Origin: Leptonemataceae bacterium
Lineage (GTDB): Bacteria > Spirochaetota > Leptospiria > Leptospirales > Leptonemataceae
Length of the DNA stretch: 64,000 nucleotides
Assembly: GCA_965227295.1 (NCBI GenBank)
Contig: OZ245742.1
Span: 896,001 to 960,000, forward strand
Direction of reading: 5' to 3'
Position numbers and translations under genes: made by a program. The notes below the pieces were generated by a model. The model was not told the DNA's origin. It saw nothing but the letters and a program-made list of their open reading frames with translations, and ran no database searches. Shown one piece after another: positions 11,861-22,225 of the stretch (positions are counted from its first letter, which is position 1; each line of letters opens with the position of its first letter).

Positions 11861-12636
11861 TGGCGGGATCCAACGGCAAAAGCATGCGCCTGAAACTGAA
11901 GATCTGGCGGCAAAACGGACCAACCGACGCCGGTCGCATGGCGGACTACGATGTCGAGGCCTCGCCGGACATGTCGTTCCTGGAGATGATCGACGTACTC
12001 AACGAGTCGCTGATCGAAAAAGGCGAAGCGCCTATCGCTTTCGAACACGATTGCCGCGAGGGCATCTGCGGCAGCTGTAACATGGTCATCAACGGAACGC
12101 CCCACGGACCGGAGCGGGCCACGACGACGTGCCAGTTGCATATGCGTAAGTTTTCGGACGGCGACACCATCTTCGTAGAGCCCTGGCGCGCGAAGGCGTT
12201 CCCGGTCATCAAAGACCTGGTCGTCGACCGTAGCGCGTTTGATCGCATTATCCAGAAGGCCGGCTTCGTTACGGTGAACACGGGTAACGCTCCGGACGCG
12301 AACGAGATCCCGATTCCGAAAGACGTCGCCGACGACGCCTTCGACGCGGCGGCCTGCATCGGCTGCGGCGCATGCGTTGCGGCATGCAAGAACGCCTCGG
12401 CCATGCTCTTCGTAGCGGCCAAGGTTTCGCATCTGGGCCTGCTGCCCCAGGGCAAGGCCGAGTCGCATCGTCGCGCCCAGGCCATGGTCGCCCAGATGGA
12501 CGAGGAGGGCTTCGGCAACTGCACGAACTACTACGAGTGCGAGGCGGCGTGCCCGAAGGAAATCTCCGTGAAGTACATCGCGAAGATGAACCGCGACTAT
12601 CTTTCCCACTCCATCACGGAGCCCGTGGAAGTTTGA
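11860..12636 (+). CDS. sdhB: Succinate dehydrogenase iron-sulfur subunit
   Basis: ATG overlaps the sdhA stop (TAATG); [20 protein letters not shown] and [12 protein letters not shown] cluster motifs. Confidence 0.96.
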
Positions 12637-12681
12637 TCGACAGCGAATCATAAAGAACCGTAAGTATCGCGAAGAACTCGC

Positions 12682-12719
12682 AAAAAAGGTCGGGCCTTTT
12701 CAGGGCCCGGCCTTTTTTT
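12682..12719 (+). terminator. Intrinsic terminator of sdhCAB (possibly bidirectional)
   Basis: A6-GGTCGGGCC-loop-GGCCCGGCC-T7. Confidence 0.88.
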
Positions 12720-12732
12720 GTCTCTATTCCTC

Positions 12733-13716
12733 ATGAGAACTCTTCCCGAATACCGCGTGGATCTTTCCAGGGATCCCGAGGATCGCTGGGCCTTTCTGCA
12801 CGATTGCGTCCCGGACATCCAGGCGCTGTTCGACGCCCATCGGCTGGATGTCTCCGGCCTGGATCAGGATCTCGCCGCGGCACTGCCGCAAACGGCGGCC
12901 ACCGTCCTTCCGGAAGATACGATCGCCGAGATCGAAGCCGTTGTCCGCATCTCGGATCGACCACGGGATACGGTCTACCTCCTGAATTTCTACTACGATG
13001 TCTTTAAGATGATCATGGGTTGCTCGGCATTCGGTGCCGCGCGGCCGGGCGGTCCGGTACACGGTCGCAACCTGGACTGGTTCAGCATGGGCAACGTGAT
13101 GCGCAGATTCAGTGCCGTGTTTCATTTTCACACGGACGCATCTTCGGCTCCACCGCTCTACAGCACCGTGGGCTGGCCGGGCTTCACGGGCGCCCTCTCC
13201 GGTGTCGCGCCCGGACGCTTCGCCGTAACTCTGAATGCCGTCTTGAGCGAAGAGCCGGCCCGAATCGCCCGACCGATCAGCTTTTTGATTCGCGAAGCCC
13301 TGGCCCAGGCACCGGACTTCGCCACGGCCGTCGATCTACTTTCGCAAACGGAAATCGTCGCGGATTGTTTGTTGCTGGTGACCGGGGTGAAGGACGATGA
13401 GATTGTCGTGATCGAGCGGACGCCGGGTCGACATGCCCTCCGCTATGTGGAGCCGGGCAGCCGGCACATCGTTGTAACGAATGATTACAAGAAGTTAGGA
13501 AAATTAAATGAACCCGAAGGACTCGACGATCAGCTTGCGCAGACGTCCTGTGATCGCTACGATCGTCTGTATGCACTGCTTGCAGAACGGACAGCGCCCC
13601 TGGATGCCGGCACGGCTCTGCGGCTGCTCTCCGATCCCGGCGTACGCATGGACTCCACCATGCAGCAAATGTACTTCCAGGCGTCCACCGGCCTGCTCTT
13701 CGCGCCGCAGCTCTGA
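12733..13716 (+). CDS. Acid ceramidase/NAAA-like Ntn hydrolase
   Basis: N-terminal YRVDLSRDPEDRW, internal GCSA (autocleavage Cys), HGRNLDW and VVTND. Confidence 0.8.
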   Translation: MRTLPEYRVDLSRDPEDRWAFLHDCVPDIQALFDAHRLDVSGLDQDLAAALPQTAATVLPEDTIAEIEAVVRISDRPRDTVYLLNFYYDVFKMIMGCSAFGAARPGGPVHGRNLDWFSMGNVMRRFSAVFHFHTDASSAPPLYSTVGWPGFTGALSGVAPGRFAVTLNAVLSEEPARIARPISFLIREALAQAPDFATAVDLLSQTEIVADCLLLVTGVKDDEIVVIERTPGRHALRYVEPGSRHIVVTNDYKKLGKLNEPEGLDDQLAQTSCDRYDRLYALLAERTAPLDAGTALRLLSDPGVRMDSTMQQMYFQASTGLLFAPQL

Positions 13717-13725
13717 ACGCACAAC

Positions 13726-15309
13726 TCAAACAGCAATGGGCTCTCGACTGCCCTGCGTCGACGCCCGCGCCAGATCCGTAGCCTGTTCCTCAATCGTTTC
13801 AATGTCGCTCTGAAGCTTGCGGGACATATCGACGAGCTGCATAACCCCGCGATCCAACTCGCCCAGCGAATGAATCACCGCCCGGCCGCCGGAGCGTTGT
13901 TCGCCGGCAATCTGGTTCAGATCCCGGGACAATCGGCCGAGTTCCTCGAGAGCCGCCTGCACCTTTTCCATAGCCGACCGCTGGTGCTCCACCTCTCCGC
14001 GCAGTTGATCGAAGCCGTCGCGGATCTGAATCAAATCATCCTGCTGACGATCGGCCATTTCCGTAGAACGGCGCGCCGCTTCGAAACCGCGGTCCACCTG
14101 CGTATTACTCCGCAAGATGAGGTCGTTCACCATCCCGGCGTTTTCCGTGCTGTTCTCGGCCAGCTTGCCGACTTCCTGGGCCACCACCGCGAATCCCCGG
14201 CCGGACTCCCCGGCCCTGGCCGCCTCAATCGCGGCGTTCAGTGCCAGGAGGTTCGTACGATCGGCAATGTCCGCCATGATGGAGTTCACGTTCCGTACCT
14301 CACGAAAAGAACTGCTGATCTCATCGATGCACTCGTGAACATCGGCGGCGGCGGTGGAGACTCGCCGCCCGGATTCCCCGGCCTCGTGCAGGCGATGGTT
14401 CAATCCCGCGGTAGTCTCACTGATCCTCTGCAAGAGCTCCCCGAGGCGCGCGTTCTCGCCGGCGATCTCATCGAAGCGGTTGTTTTGAATCTGCACGGAA
14501 TCCGCGGATCGTTCGGTGCCCGTCGAAAATTCCTCCAGCGCCGCGGACATCTCCTCGAAGGTGCTCGCCTGGGTGTGCAACTCCGAGTTGAAGCGATCCA
14601 TGAACTGGCGCACGGCGGACACGGAATTCCGCAACGCCTCGGAGGAACGCTGCATGATTCCGCGATTGGCCTGGATTTCTTCATAGGAGCGTTGGACCTG
14701 GCGGTGTTGATCCGCAGCCTCATCCCGCAGCCGGGTCAGCACGCCGATCACCGCACGCACGATGAATGCCGCTCCCATCAAGAAGGCGATCTTCAACACC
14801 TGATCCGTAATCGAGGCAAACCCCAGGGCCCGGCGCTCCGGAGATTCCGTCAGGACGACGCCGTTCTCCACGGCCACGAAGATCATCACCAACTGGCCGA
14901 GCACGCCGAGCAGCCCGATCACCAGTACGAAGTTGCGAGAGAACAAGAAGGCCGAGTAAAGGACAAAGAAGAAGTACAGGGCGTAGAGCGGCTGCGAACG
15001 CAGATTGCCCGAGGCCACCTCGACCCCGCCGGCGGTGCCTGCGGCCAGCACCACGGTGGCGAGGACCACGTCCATCATCGCCATACCAAAGACCAGCCTG
15101 CGTCCCAGACTGCCCGCGGCGGCCCACCGCACATGCAGCAGGGCATACGCGAACATGATCGTCGTGCCTGCCAGATAGAGAAAGTTTTGAAACGGCGTGT
15201 TGATTCCGAAACTGAGAAACGCGCTCAAATAGAACAGAGCAACCAGACCGAGGCGCACACGATTCGCCAGGATCGGCCCGGCCAGGTCGGAAGCGGCCGA
15301 TTGGGACAT
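13726..15309 (-). CDS. Methyl-accepting chemotaxis protein with multi-TM sensor region
   Basis: About 6 N-terminal TM segments; [33 protein letters not shown] signalling hairpin. Confidence 0.93.
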   Translation of the reverse strand: MSQSAASDLAGPILANRVRLGLVALFYLSAFLSFGINTPFQNFLYLAGTTIMFAYALLHVRWAAAGSLGRRLVFGMAMMDVVLATVVLAAGTAGGVEVASGNLRSQPLYALYFFFVLYSAFLFSRNFVLVIGLLGVLGQLVMIFVAVENGVVLTESPERRALGFASITDQVLKIAFLMGAAFIVRAVIGVLTRLRDEAADQHRQVQRSYEEIQANRGIMQRSSEALRNSVSAVRQFMDRFNSELHTQASTFEEMSAALEEFSTGTERSADSVQIQNNRFDEIAGENARLGELLQRISETTAGLNHRLHEAGESGRRVSTAAADVHECIDEISSSFREVRNVNSIMADIADRTNLLALNAAIEAARAGESGRGFAVVAQEVGKLAENSTENAGMVNDLILRSNTQVDRGFEAARRSTEMADRQQDDLIQIRDGFDQLRGEVEHQRSAMEKVQAALEELGRLSRDLNQIAGEQRSGGRAVIHSLGELDRGVMQLVDMSRKLQSDIETIEEQATDLARASTQGSREPIAV

Positions 15310-15390
15310 GGTCTCAATGCCGCGAACCTGCGCCGGGAATCAAGGAATAATCATTCCGTTTGTTAAAAAAATGTTAGCATTTCGCCGGTC

Positions 15391-16371
15391 TCAGTTCGTA
15401 ACCGGCACCCATTCTTTTCCGAACAACCGTTTCTGCACCGTCTCGTTCTCGTAAATCTCGTGGTCGGTCTTGCCGATTTTGCGGAAGAACATCGTCGCGA
15501 AGCTGGACGTGATCACGATGAAGAACGAGTAGAGGATCGGCAGCCACAGCACTTCGTTGATGATCGACGGGTAGTTCGCGAAGGCCAGGAGCACGATGGC
15601 GAAGGCCAGCGGGCCGTTCTGAATGCCGGTCTCCAATGCCACCGTGCGGCAGTAGCGCGGCGGTAGCATGGCAAGGCGCGAGACGAGATATCCGAAGCAG
15701 AAGCCGGCGATGCCTACCAGGATGGCTCCGAGATAGACATTGGCGCCGGTATCCCACATGAGCTGCCGACGCAGCGGCGACGAGAGAAAGCTCACCGCCA
15801 GGAAAATGATGACGATGATGCCGAAGAAACCCGCCGTATCCTCGGCGGCCTTAGCCCAGCCCTCGTTGAATTTGCGCAAAAGCATGCCGCAGGCAACTGG
15901 GAACAGAACGAGAAACAGCGAGACGACGATGTCCTTGATCGGAATGGCGAATTCCGTGCCGTCGGCGATATCGATCTGCGCGGCGAAACCGGCGCCGTAG
16001 AAGCTGAGTAAGACCGGCAGCATGAACAACGCCGCGATCGTCGAACACGTCGTCATGGAAATACTGAGCGCCACGTCACCGCGCGAGAAGTAGGCGAAGA
16101 GGTTCGAGGTCGTGCCGGCCGGCAGACAACCCACCAGAACCAGGGACAGAGCCACGGGCGCCGGAAATTCCAGATATGTGGCGAGAAACCAGGCCAGGGC
16201 CGGCATTACGCCGAACTGCGAGGCGAAACCGATGAGCACGCCCAGGGGATTGCGGGCCACGTACTTAAAGTTTTCGCCGGTCAGCGAGGCACCCATGCCG
16301 AACATGATGATCAAGATCATCAGGGCCAGGAGGCCTTTCTCGGCGGTGGTCATCAGTTCTACTTCGGGCAT
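15391..16371 (-). CDS. Bile acid:sodium symporter (BASS) family transporter
   Basis: MFGMG, QFGVMP, GCLPAGTTSN, GDVALS and ALETGIQN motifs. Confidence 0.92.
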   Translation of the reverse strand: MPEVELMTTAEKGLLALMILIIMFGMGASLTGENFKYVARNPLGVLIGFASQFGVMPALAWFLATYLEFPAPVALSLVLVGCLPAGTTSNLFAYFSRGDVALSISMTTCSTIAALFMLPVLLSFYGAGFAAQIDIADGTEFAIPIKDIVVSLFLVLFPVACGMLLRKFNEGWAKAAEDTAGFFGIIVIIFLAVSFLSSPLRRQLMWDTGANVYLGAILVGIAGFCFGYLVSRLAMLPPRYCRTVALETGIQNGPLAFAIVLLAFANYPSIINEVLWLPILYSFFIVITSSFATMFFRKIGKTDHEIYENETVQKRLFGKEWVPVTN

Positions 16372-16440
16372 GTCTTCTCTCCGAACGGCGGCACGAGACC
16401 GCGTTAAGGTATTCCTGTATTGTGTTAGCGGCCGGGGCCG

Positions 16441-18456
16441 TTACTTGTCTTTGTAGATCTCGTCGATGAGATTTTGGTACTTTTCCGTAATTATGTTGCG
16501 TTTGAGTTTGAACAGGTTCGTGAGTTCCTCGCCCACCTCGAAGGCTTTGCCGAGAATTCGAAAATCCTGGACGCGCTCGAAGCTCTTGAAGCCGAACTCC
16601 GCCGAAATCTCGCGGCGAATCTCCTCGCCGATCAAACGGCGCGCGTTCTCGTTGCCTACGGCTTCTTCGATGCTGTCGATCTTCACGCCGTGCTCTTGCA
16701 GACCTTCCAGGTCCGGCACAATCAGGGCCGCCAGGAAGCGCTGGTCCTGGCCCACGAGCATAACGTTGTCGACCAGCTTCGATTGCAGCAGGCGGTTTTC
16801 GATCGGTACCGGTTCCACGTTCTCGCCGTTCGCCAGGACGATGGTATCCTTCGAACGTCCCATGATCTTTACGCTGCCGGTGAAAGTCACCATGCCGACG
16901 TCGCCGGTGTTCAGGAAGCGGGCGTCGTCGAAGACCTTCGCGGTGGCCTCGGGATTGTTGTAGTATCCCATCATAATCTGCGAGCCGCGGACATGGATCT
17001 CGCCCTTGAGGCCCATGCCGTTGTACGGCTTTTGCGGATTCGGATACAGGATCTCACCGCTGTTTAGATCAATGATGCGCAGTTCCGTGCCTTCCGCCGG
17101 GGGACCGACGGTGCCGAGCACCAGATCGTCCGGTCGCCGCGCGCACAGCACGGCGGCCGTCTCCGTCATGCCGTAGCCTTCCAGAACCGGGATGCCGATG
17201 TTGTTAAAGAACTCGTCCACGTGCTTCGGCAACGCCCCGCCGCCTGAGACAGTACCCTTGAGCGAAGCACCCAGGCCCTGACGCAAACGTTCGAGCACGG
17301 CCACGTTAAAGAAGCCGTAAAACGGCACCACGAGCAGCCAGCGTACGAAATGCAGGATCCAGCCGACGAAGTATACGAAGGGATTCATTTTCGTGAGCTG
17401 GAGTTTGTGACCGAGCATCCAGTTCAAAGAACCACGGTACAGCGAAGACAGAAAGTAGGCCGTGTGAAACAGGAAACGCCGCATGGGATGCGCTTTGGCA
17501 ATGCCGTCCCGAATGCGAATGTAGAGGCTCTCCCACAGACGCGGCGCCGATCCCATGAACGTCGGCTGGACGATGCGAAAGTCCTCGGCCAGATGGCGGA
17601 CGCTGGAGTAGTAAGTGCAGATGCCGCGACTGATGGACACATTCTCGAACACACGCTCAAAGATGTGCCAGATCGGCAGCAGGGAGAGAATGCGATCGTT
17701 CGGCGTCAGCTCCACCGGTACACGATCGATGGCGTAGAGTAAGTTCTTGTGGCTGAGCATTACTCCCTTGGGTTGACCGGTGGTACCGGAGGTATAGATG
17801 AGCGTCGCCAGGTCCTCCGGCTGCACTGCGTCGGTGCGTTCCTCGGCGCGGCGATCCCCGGCTTCGCGCAACGAATGACCCTTTGCAATGAGATCGTTCA
17901 TGTGCAGGACGCCGTCCGGGGCTTTGCCTTTGGGATCCATGAGAATCCAGTGACGCACGCCGGTTAACTTCGACTTCAGCGGCTGGATGAGATCCCAGAG
18001 TTTCACCGTTTCGATGAAGCAGGCCGTGGCGCCGGAGTGCGGCAGAATGTGCAGGACGTCGTTCTCGGTAACGTCCGCTCCCCGCGGGACGTCCGGACAG
18101 CCGGTCAGCTGGATGCCGAAATTCGCGATCATCCATTCGATGCGGTTGTCCGCGAAAAGGCCGATGCGATCTCCACCCTGAACGCCGAGGTCAATGAGCG
18201 CGGTGGCGAGGGCGGCCCCGTCTTTGTAAAGTTGTTCGTAGGTCGTCGGTTCCCAGAGCGGGTCCTTGTTCTCGGTGACCTTGCCTTTTACGCGATGCGC
18301 GAAGGCCGGGCGACGCCCCCAGACTGCGGCCGCCTCGCGGTACATATGCGGGACCGTGGCCGCTCGCACGCCGTCGTTGATGTGCTCTCTGGATACGGAC
18401 TTCTTTTCCGGCGCAACTCCGGCAGTGCTTCGTTCAATAGTTTCGGTCGCAGACAT
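16441..18456 (-). CDS. fadD: Long-chain fatty acid-CoA ligase (second paralogue)
   Basis: YTSGTTGQPKG, GYGMTE, TGD and GRSKD motifs; ATG at 18456 after a GGGGGAG SD. Confidence 0.92.
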   Translation of the reverse strand: MSATETIERSTAGVAPEKKSVSREHINDGVRAATVPHMYREAAAVWGRRPAFAHRVKGKVTENKDPLWEPTTYEQLYKDGAALATALIDLGVQGGDRIGLFADNRIEWMIANFGIQLTGCPDVPRGADVTENDVLHILPHSGATACFIETVKLWDLIQPLKSKLTGVRHWILMDPKGKAPDGVLHMNDLIAKGHSLREAGDRRAEERTDAVQPEDLATLIYTSGTTGQPKGVMLSHKNLLYAIDRVPVELTPNDRILSLLPIWHIFERVFENVSISRGICTYYSSVRHLAEDFRIVQPTFMGSAPRLWESLYIRIRDGIAKAHPMRRFLFHTAYFLSSLYRGSLNWMLGHKLQLTKMNPFVYFVGWILHFVRWLLVVPFYGFFNVAVLERLRQGLGASLKGTVSGGGALPKHVDEFFNNIGIPVLEGYGMTETAAVLCARRPDDLVLGTVGPPAEGTELRIIDLNSGEILYPNPQKPYNGMGLKGEIHVRGSQIMMGYYNNPEATAKVFDDARFLNTGDVGMVTFTGSVKIMGRSKDTIVLANGENVEPVPIENRLLQSKLVDNVMLVGQDQRFLAALIVPDLEGLQEHGVKIDSIEEAVGNENARRLIGEEIRREISAEFGFKSFERVQDFRILGKAFEVGEELTNLFKLKRNIITEKYQNLIDEIYKDK

Positions 18457-18591
18457 GACTCCCCCTGGGCTCCGCACGAAGAAACAGTTCTTGTGCGGCG
18501 TTCGTCAACTGAGTACGATAAAAATTTTAACAGAAATACAGAAAAGTCGCGATGCAGCGCACAAGTACGCGAAATCTTCTATAATTAACCG

Positions 18592-19695
18592 CTACACGAT
18601 CCGCCAGGCGACTTCACCGCCGGCGCGCAACGGAACGAGAACATCCGTACCGAACGGTATCGATTCCGGGACCGGCATGGACTTCTTTTCGAGCGTGATA
18701 CTGCCTTCGTTCACCGGCAATCCGTAAAACGCCGGCCCACGACGCGACGCAAAGTCTTCCAGGCGATCCAGTGCCCCGGCCTCGTCGAAGACCTCCGCAT
18801 AAAACTCAATCCCCGCGTGAGCACTGTAGATGCCGGCGCAGCCACACGCGGTTTCTTTGGCCTCCCGGCCGTGGGGCGCGCTGTCGGTTCCGAGAAAAAA
18901 ATCCGGGGCATCGGCGGTGGCGGCGGCCACGAGGGCCTGGCGATGTTCCTCGCGTTTCAGGACAGGCAAACAGAAGTGATGGGGGCGCAGGCCGCCGGTG
19001 AACAAGGCGTTGCGATTCATTAACAGGTGCTGCGGCGTTACGGTACCTGCGACGTTGGCCCCGCTCTGCTGCACAAAGGCCGCCCCTTCTTTGGTGGTGA
19101 CGTGTTCCAGGACAAGCTTGAGTCCGGGAAACTTCTTCACGATGGGGGCGAGATTCTGCTCCACAAAAACCTTCTCGCGATCAAAGACGTCCACGCTGGC
19201 GTCGGTCACCTCACCGTGGACCTGAAGGACCAGGCCCTCTTTTTCCATGGCCTCGAAAATCGGATACAGGGATTCCAAAGACGAGACGCCGGCCTCGGAG
19301 TTCGTCGTCGCGCCCGCCGGATACAACTTTACGCCGTGCACAAAGTCGCTCTTCGCGGCCCGTTTTATCTCCGCCGCCGTGATTTCGTTCGTAAGGTACA
19401 GTGTCATCAACGGTTCAAAGCCCGGGACTGTGTCGCTGCTCTGGCCCTTGCCGGACTTTTTTTTGGGCGGCGGCGCGGCCGTGGCTTCCAGGGCCTCGAA
19501 GATACGCGCCCGATAGGCTTCGGCTTCGGCGACGGTACGCACCGGCGGTTTGAGGTTCGGCATGATGATGGCCCGGCCGAAGCGCCGCGCGGTATCCGGA
19601 ATCACGGCGCGCAACGCATCGCCGTCACGGAGATGCAAATGCCAGTCGTCGGGTTGTATGATGGTAATGCGTTGTGGTTTTTCGGAAGATGCCAT
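18592..19695 (-). CDS. pyrC: Dihydroorotase (E. coli-type homodimeric)
   Basis: [30 protein letters not shown] and FLGTDSAPH motifs. Confidence 0.96.
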   Translation of the reverse strand: MASSEKPQRITIIQPDDWHLHLRDGDALRAVIPDTARRFGRAIIMPNLKPPVRTVAEAEAYRARIFEALEATAAPPPKKKSGKGQSSDTVPGFEPLMTLYLTNEITAAEIKRAAKSDFVHGVKLYPAGATTNSEAGVSSLESLYPIFEAMEKEGLVLQVHGEVTDASVDVFDREKVFVEQNLAPIVKKFPGLKLVLEHVTTKEGAAFVQQSGANVAGTVTPQHLLMNRNALFTGGLRPHHFCLPVLKREEHRQALVAAATADAPDFFLGTDSAPHGREAKETACGCAGIYSAHAGIEFYAEVFDEAGALDRLEDFASRRGPAFYGLPVNEGSITLEKKSMPVPESIPFGTDVLVPLRAGGEVAWRIV

Positions 19696-19723
19696 AACCT
19701 GCTCCGGCGACAACTCAGCCGCC

Positions 19724-20395
19724 TCAGTAATTTGAAAGGTACGCCCCCGGCTGCAGGCCCAGGGCCAGCACGGCGGTCTTCACCGCCTCACCGTAGGGTT
19801 TTGAGCCGATCCAGTACGCCGTGCAGCGACTGAGATCCGGCTTATGTTTTGCAAGTTGGTCGACGACATTGCCGGTACTTGCGTCCCCCGCGTCATCCAG
19901 GCACTCGTAGATCCGCACGCCGTCTTCTCGCCACGCGGGATACTCGCCGGCGAACGGCAGGCCCTCCCGACGGAAGGAACTCTGCCAGAGCGTAACCGTA
20001 CTGCCGGACCAATCGCCGTCGAGATGCGTCTGGATCAACGCGCGGAGCGGTGCAATGCCCGATCCCATGGCGAAGAGATGCAGCGGCGTCTGCGCGTCCG
20101 CGGGCCGGGGGAAGCCCTTGCCCTGAGCCACCCCGCAGGAAAACTGCGCCCCGGGTTGCGCCGCGCAGAGCTTCGCCGCCAGGTCTCCCCCATTCTTAAT
20201 GAGCAGTTCGATGCCGTCCTGCCCCGGGCGATTGGCAATGGCGAAAAAACCCTCGGCACCGCCTTCATCGGTAATCACCAGGAACTGGCCCGGAGTATGA
20301 TAGCTTTCGAGTAACTCCGGTTCCGCGGCGCACACCAGATGGAACAGGTTTTCCCCGGACTCACGGACGCTCCGAACTTCCAGGCTAAGGCTCAT
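19724..20395 (-). CDS. FAD/NAD(P)-binding oxidoreductase (FNR-like)
   Basis: PGQF, GKGFP and AMGSGIAP motifs; no C-terminal 2Fe-2S Cys cluster. Confidence 0.75.
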   Translation of the reverse strand: MSLSLEVRSVRESGENLFHLVCAAEPELLESYHTPGQFLVITDEGGAEGFFAIANRPGQDGIELLIKNGGDLAAKLCAAQPGAQFSCGVAQGKGFPRPADAQTPLHLFAMGSGIAPLRALIQTHLDGDWSGSTVTLWQSSFRREGLPFAGEYPAWREDGVRIYECLDDAGDASTGNVVDQLAKHKPDLSRCTAYWIGSKPYGEAVKTAVLALGLQPGAYLSNY

Positions 20396-21300
20396 TTCTT
20401 ACGGTCTCCGGCTCCCCTGGTCTTAGCTTTCGTGGAAGGTTTCTTAGCGCTGCGCCGGGTCGGCGGCCTGGCCGCCCTGCGGGGCGCCGGCTTCAACGAC
20501 GGCGCGGGATTTTGTGGACTGCCGTAGTAGGGCGTTTCCAGGAAGTTGTCGTCGCCGGAGAGGCAGTCCAGGAAGGATCCGTCCGCGCGCTCCGTACGCC
20601 GCAACTGATAAAACGACCCCCAGGCCAGCGTGGGGAAGAGTCGCGCCAGGGGGCGTGCCAGTCCCTCGGGAAACGGATAAAAGTTCGAGCCGCCGAATCT
20701 TTCTAAACGAAAAAAGCCGCCGGTTTCCGCGAACCGGCGCATGTCCGGCTTCGTAAAGCCGCGCACGTGCGCGCTCATGCTCTGGATCGGCGTGGGCTGT
20801 TGGCCGAACAGCAAAAGCAAACGATTGTGCAGACTGGCCAGGTTCGGCACACCCGCCAGAAAGACCCCGCCAGGCTTGAGGATGCGCGCAACCTCGGCGA
20901 AGATCCAGAAGAGTTCTTTGGTGTGTTCCAGGATTTGATTGGCAATGACTACATCGAAGCGCGCCTCGCCGCCGGGGTAACGATCGCGTTCGATGTCCAG
21001 AGCATACGTGCGAATGCCGGCCTTGCGACAATCGGCCACGTACGGCGGGTAGCTTTCCACACCGTGTAGTTCTACCGGTAGAATGGAACCGGGCCGACGA
21101 TCATCGATTTCGCTGCGCACGTTTTTGAGATCGGTGCCGTGGCCGCAGCCGAGGTCCAGGATCCGGAACGCTCCGGAAGGCACGGTTTGCCGGGACAGTG
21201 CCTCGCCGTGTAAATCGGCACCCCAGTCGCGGATGATCTCCCGGCCGTAATTCAGGTGTTCCGTGCCGGACTTAAGCTTCGTGAAAAAGCTGCGGAGCAT
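20392..21300 (-). CDS. Class I SAM-dependent methyltransferase
   Basis: ILDLGCGHG, FDVVIANQILEH and RILKPGG motifs; basic low-complexity C-terminal tail. Confidence 0.88.
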   Translation of the reverse strand: MLRSFFTKLKSGTEHLNYGREIIRDWGADLHGEALSRQTVPSGAFRILDLGCGHGTDLKNVRSEIDDRRPGSILPVELHGVESYPPYVADCRKAGIRTYALDIERDRYPGGEARFDVVIANQILEHTKELFWIFAEVARILKPGGVFLAGVPNLASLHNRLLLLFGQQPTPIQSMSAHVRGFTKPDMRRFAETGGFFRLERFGGSNFYPFPEGLARPLARLFPTLAWGSFYQLRRTERADGSFLDCLSGDDNFLETPYYGSPQNPAPSLKPAPRRAARPPTRRSAKKPSTKAKTRGAGDRKK

Positions 21301-21383
21301 GTCCGACGGTGGACCGGCGCGGCAGTACACGACAAGTGATATTTTCCGGTTGTGCTATCGGTAGCGGCGATTCAGTCCGCTGT

Positions 21384-22199
21384 ATGCAGCTACGCGAGAA
21401 GACCGTTCTGATTACCGGGGCATCGGGAGGGATCGGAGAAGCGGCGGCGCACGAACTCGCCCGCGTCGGGGCCCGTCCGGTACTCGTCGCCCGGCGTGCC
21501 GAAGAACTTCGGCGCGTCGCCGCGGCCTTGCAGGAGAGCTACGACATTACGGCGCCCATTTGCGCGGCTGACATTACGCGGGCCGCGGACCGCGAACGCC
21601 TGCGCGACTTCGTCGAAAACGAGGTCGGCCGACTCGACGTACTCGTAAACAATGCCGGCATCACCGCCCACGGCCGTTTCGACGAAAGCGAGCCGGATGT
21701 GCTACGCAGGGCCATGGAGCTGAACTTTTTCGCCGCGGTCGAGTTGACCCGACTGCTTCTGCCGGAACTGAAACGCGCCCCAGGGGATAAGGCGGTCCTG
21801 CTCGTCTCCACTCCCTCCGGACTCTACGGCGTCCCCGGACGCTTTGCGTACTCGGCCAGTAAGGCCGCGGGCCACGTGTGGATGGAAACGCTACGCCTGG
21901 AACTCGCGGACGATCACATACAGTGCAACATCTTTTGTCCCGGGTATACGGCCACCGCTTTGCGCACATCAGGTCTCGCAGCGGACGGAAGCATACTTAA
22001 AGAAGAACAGTCCAAACATGCGAAGAGCCCGGAGCACGCGGCGGTGAAACTCCGGGAAGCATTAGAGAAAAATCGCCGCATTACCCTGACCAATTTACAG
22101 GGGCGGGTCGTCTACTGGCTCCGGACCCTGGCGCCGGGGCTGCTCGAAGGCCTGATGCGAAAAAAATTAAAAAAAGACTTTGAGAAAAAGCGAGTTTAG
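21384..22199 (+). CDS. Short-chain dehydrogenase/reductase
   Basis: TGASGGIG, NNAG and YSASK motifs; ATG at 21384. Confidence 0.92.
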   Translation: MQLREKTVLITGASGGIGEAAAHELARVGARPVLVARRAEELRRVAAALQESYDITAPICAADITRAADRERLRDFVENEVGRLDVLVNNAGITAHGRFDESEPDVLRRAMELNFFAAVELTRLLLPELKRAPGDKAVLLVSTPSGLYGVPGRFAYSASKAAGHVWMETLRLELADDHIQCNIFCPGYTATALRTSGLAADGSILKEEQSKHAKSPEHAAVKLREALEKNRRITLTNLQGRVVYWLRTLAPGLLEGLMRKKLKKDFEKKRV

Positions 22200-22225
22200 G
22201 TCAAGCTCATAGACCGCTACTGCCT

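Noticed and set aside
13870-15366. 498-aa ORF antisense to the MCP
   Set aside because: Antisense shadow caused by codon bias; no recognisable domain.
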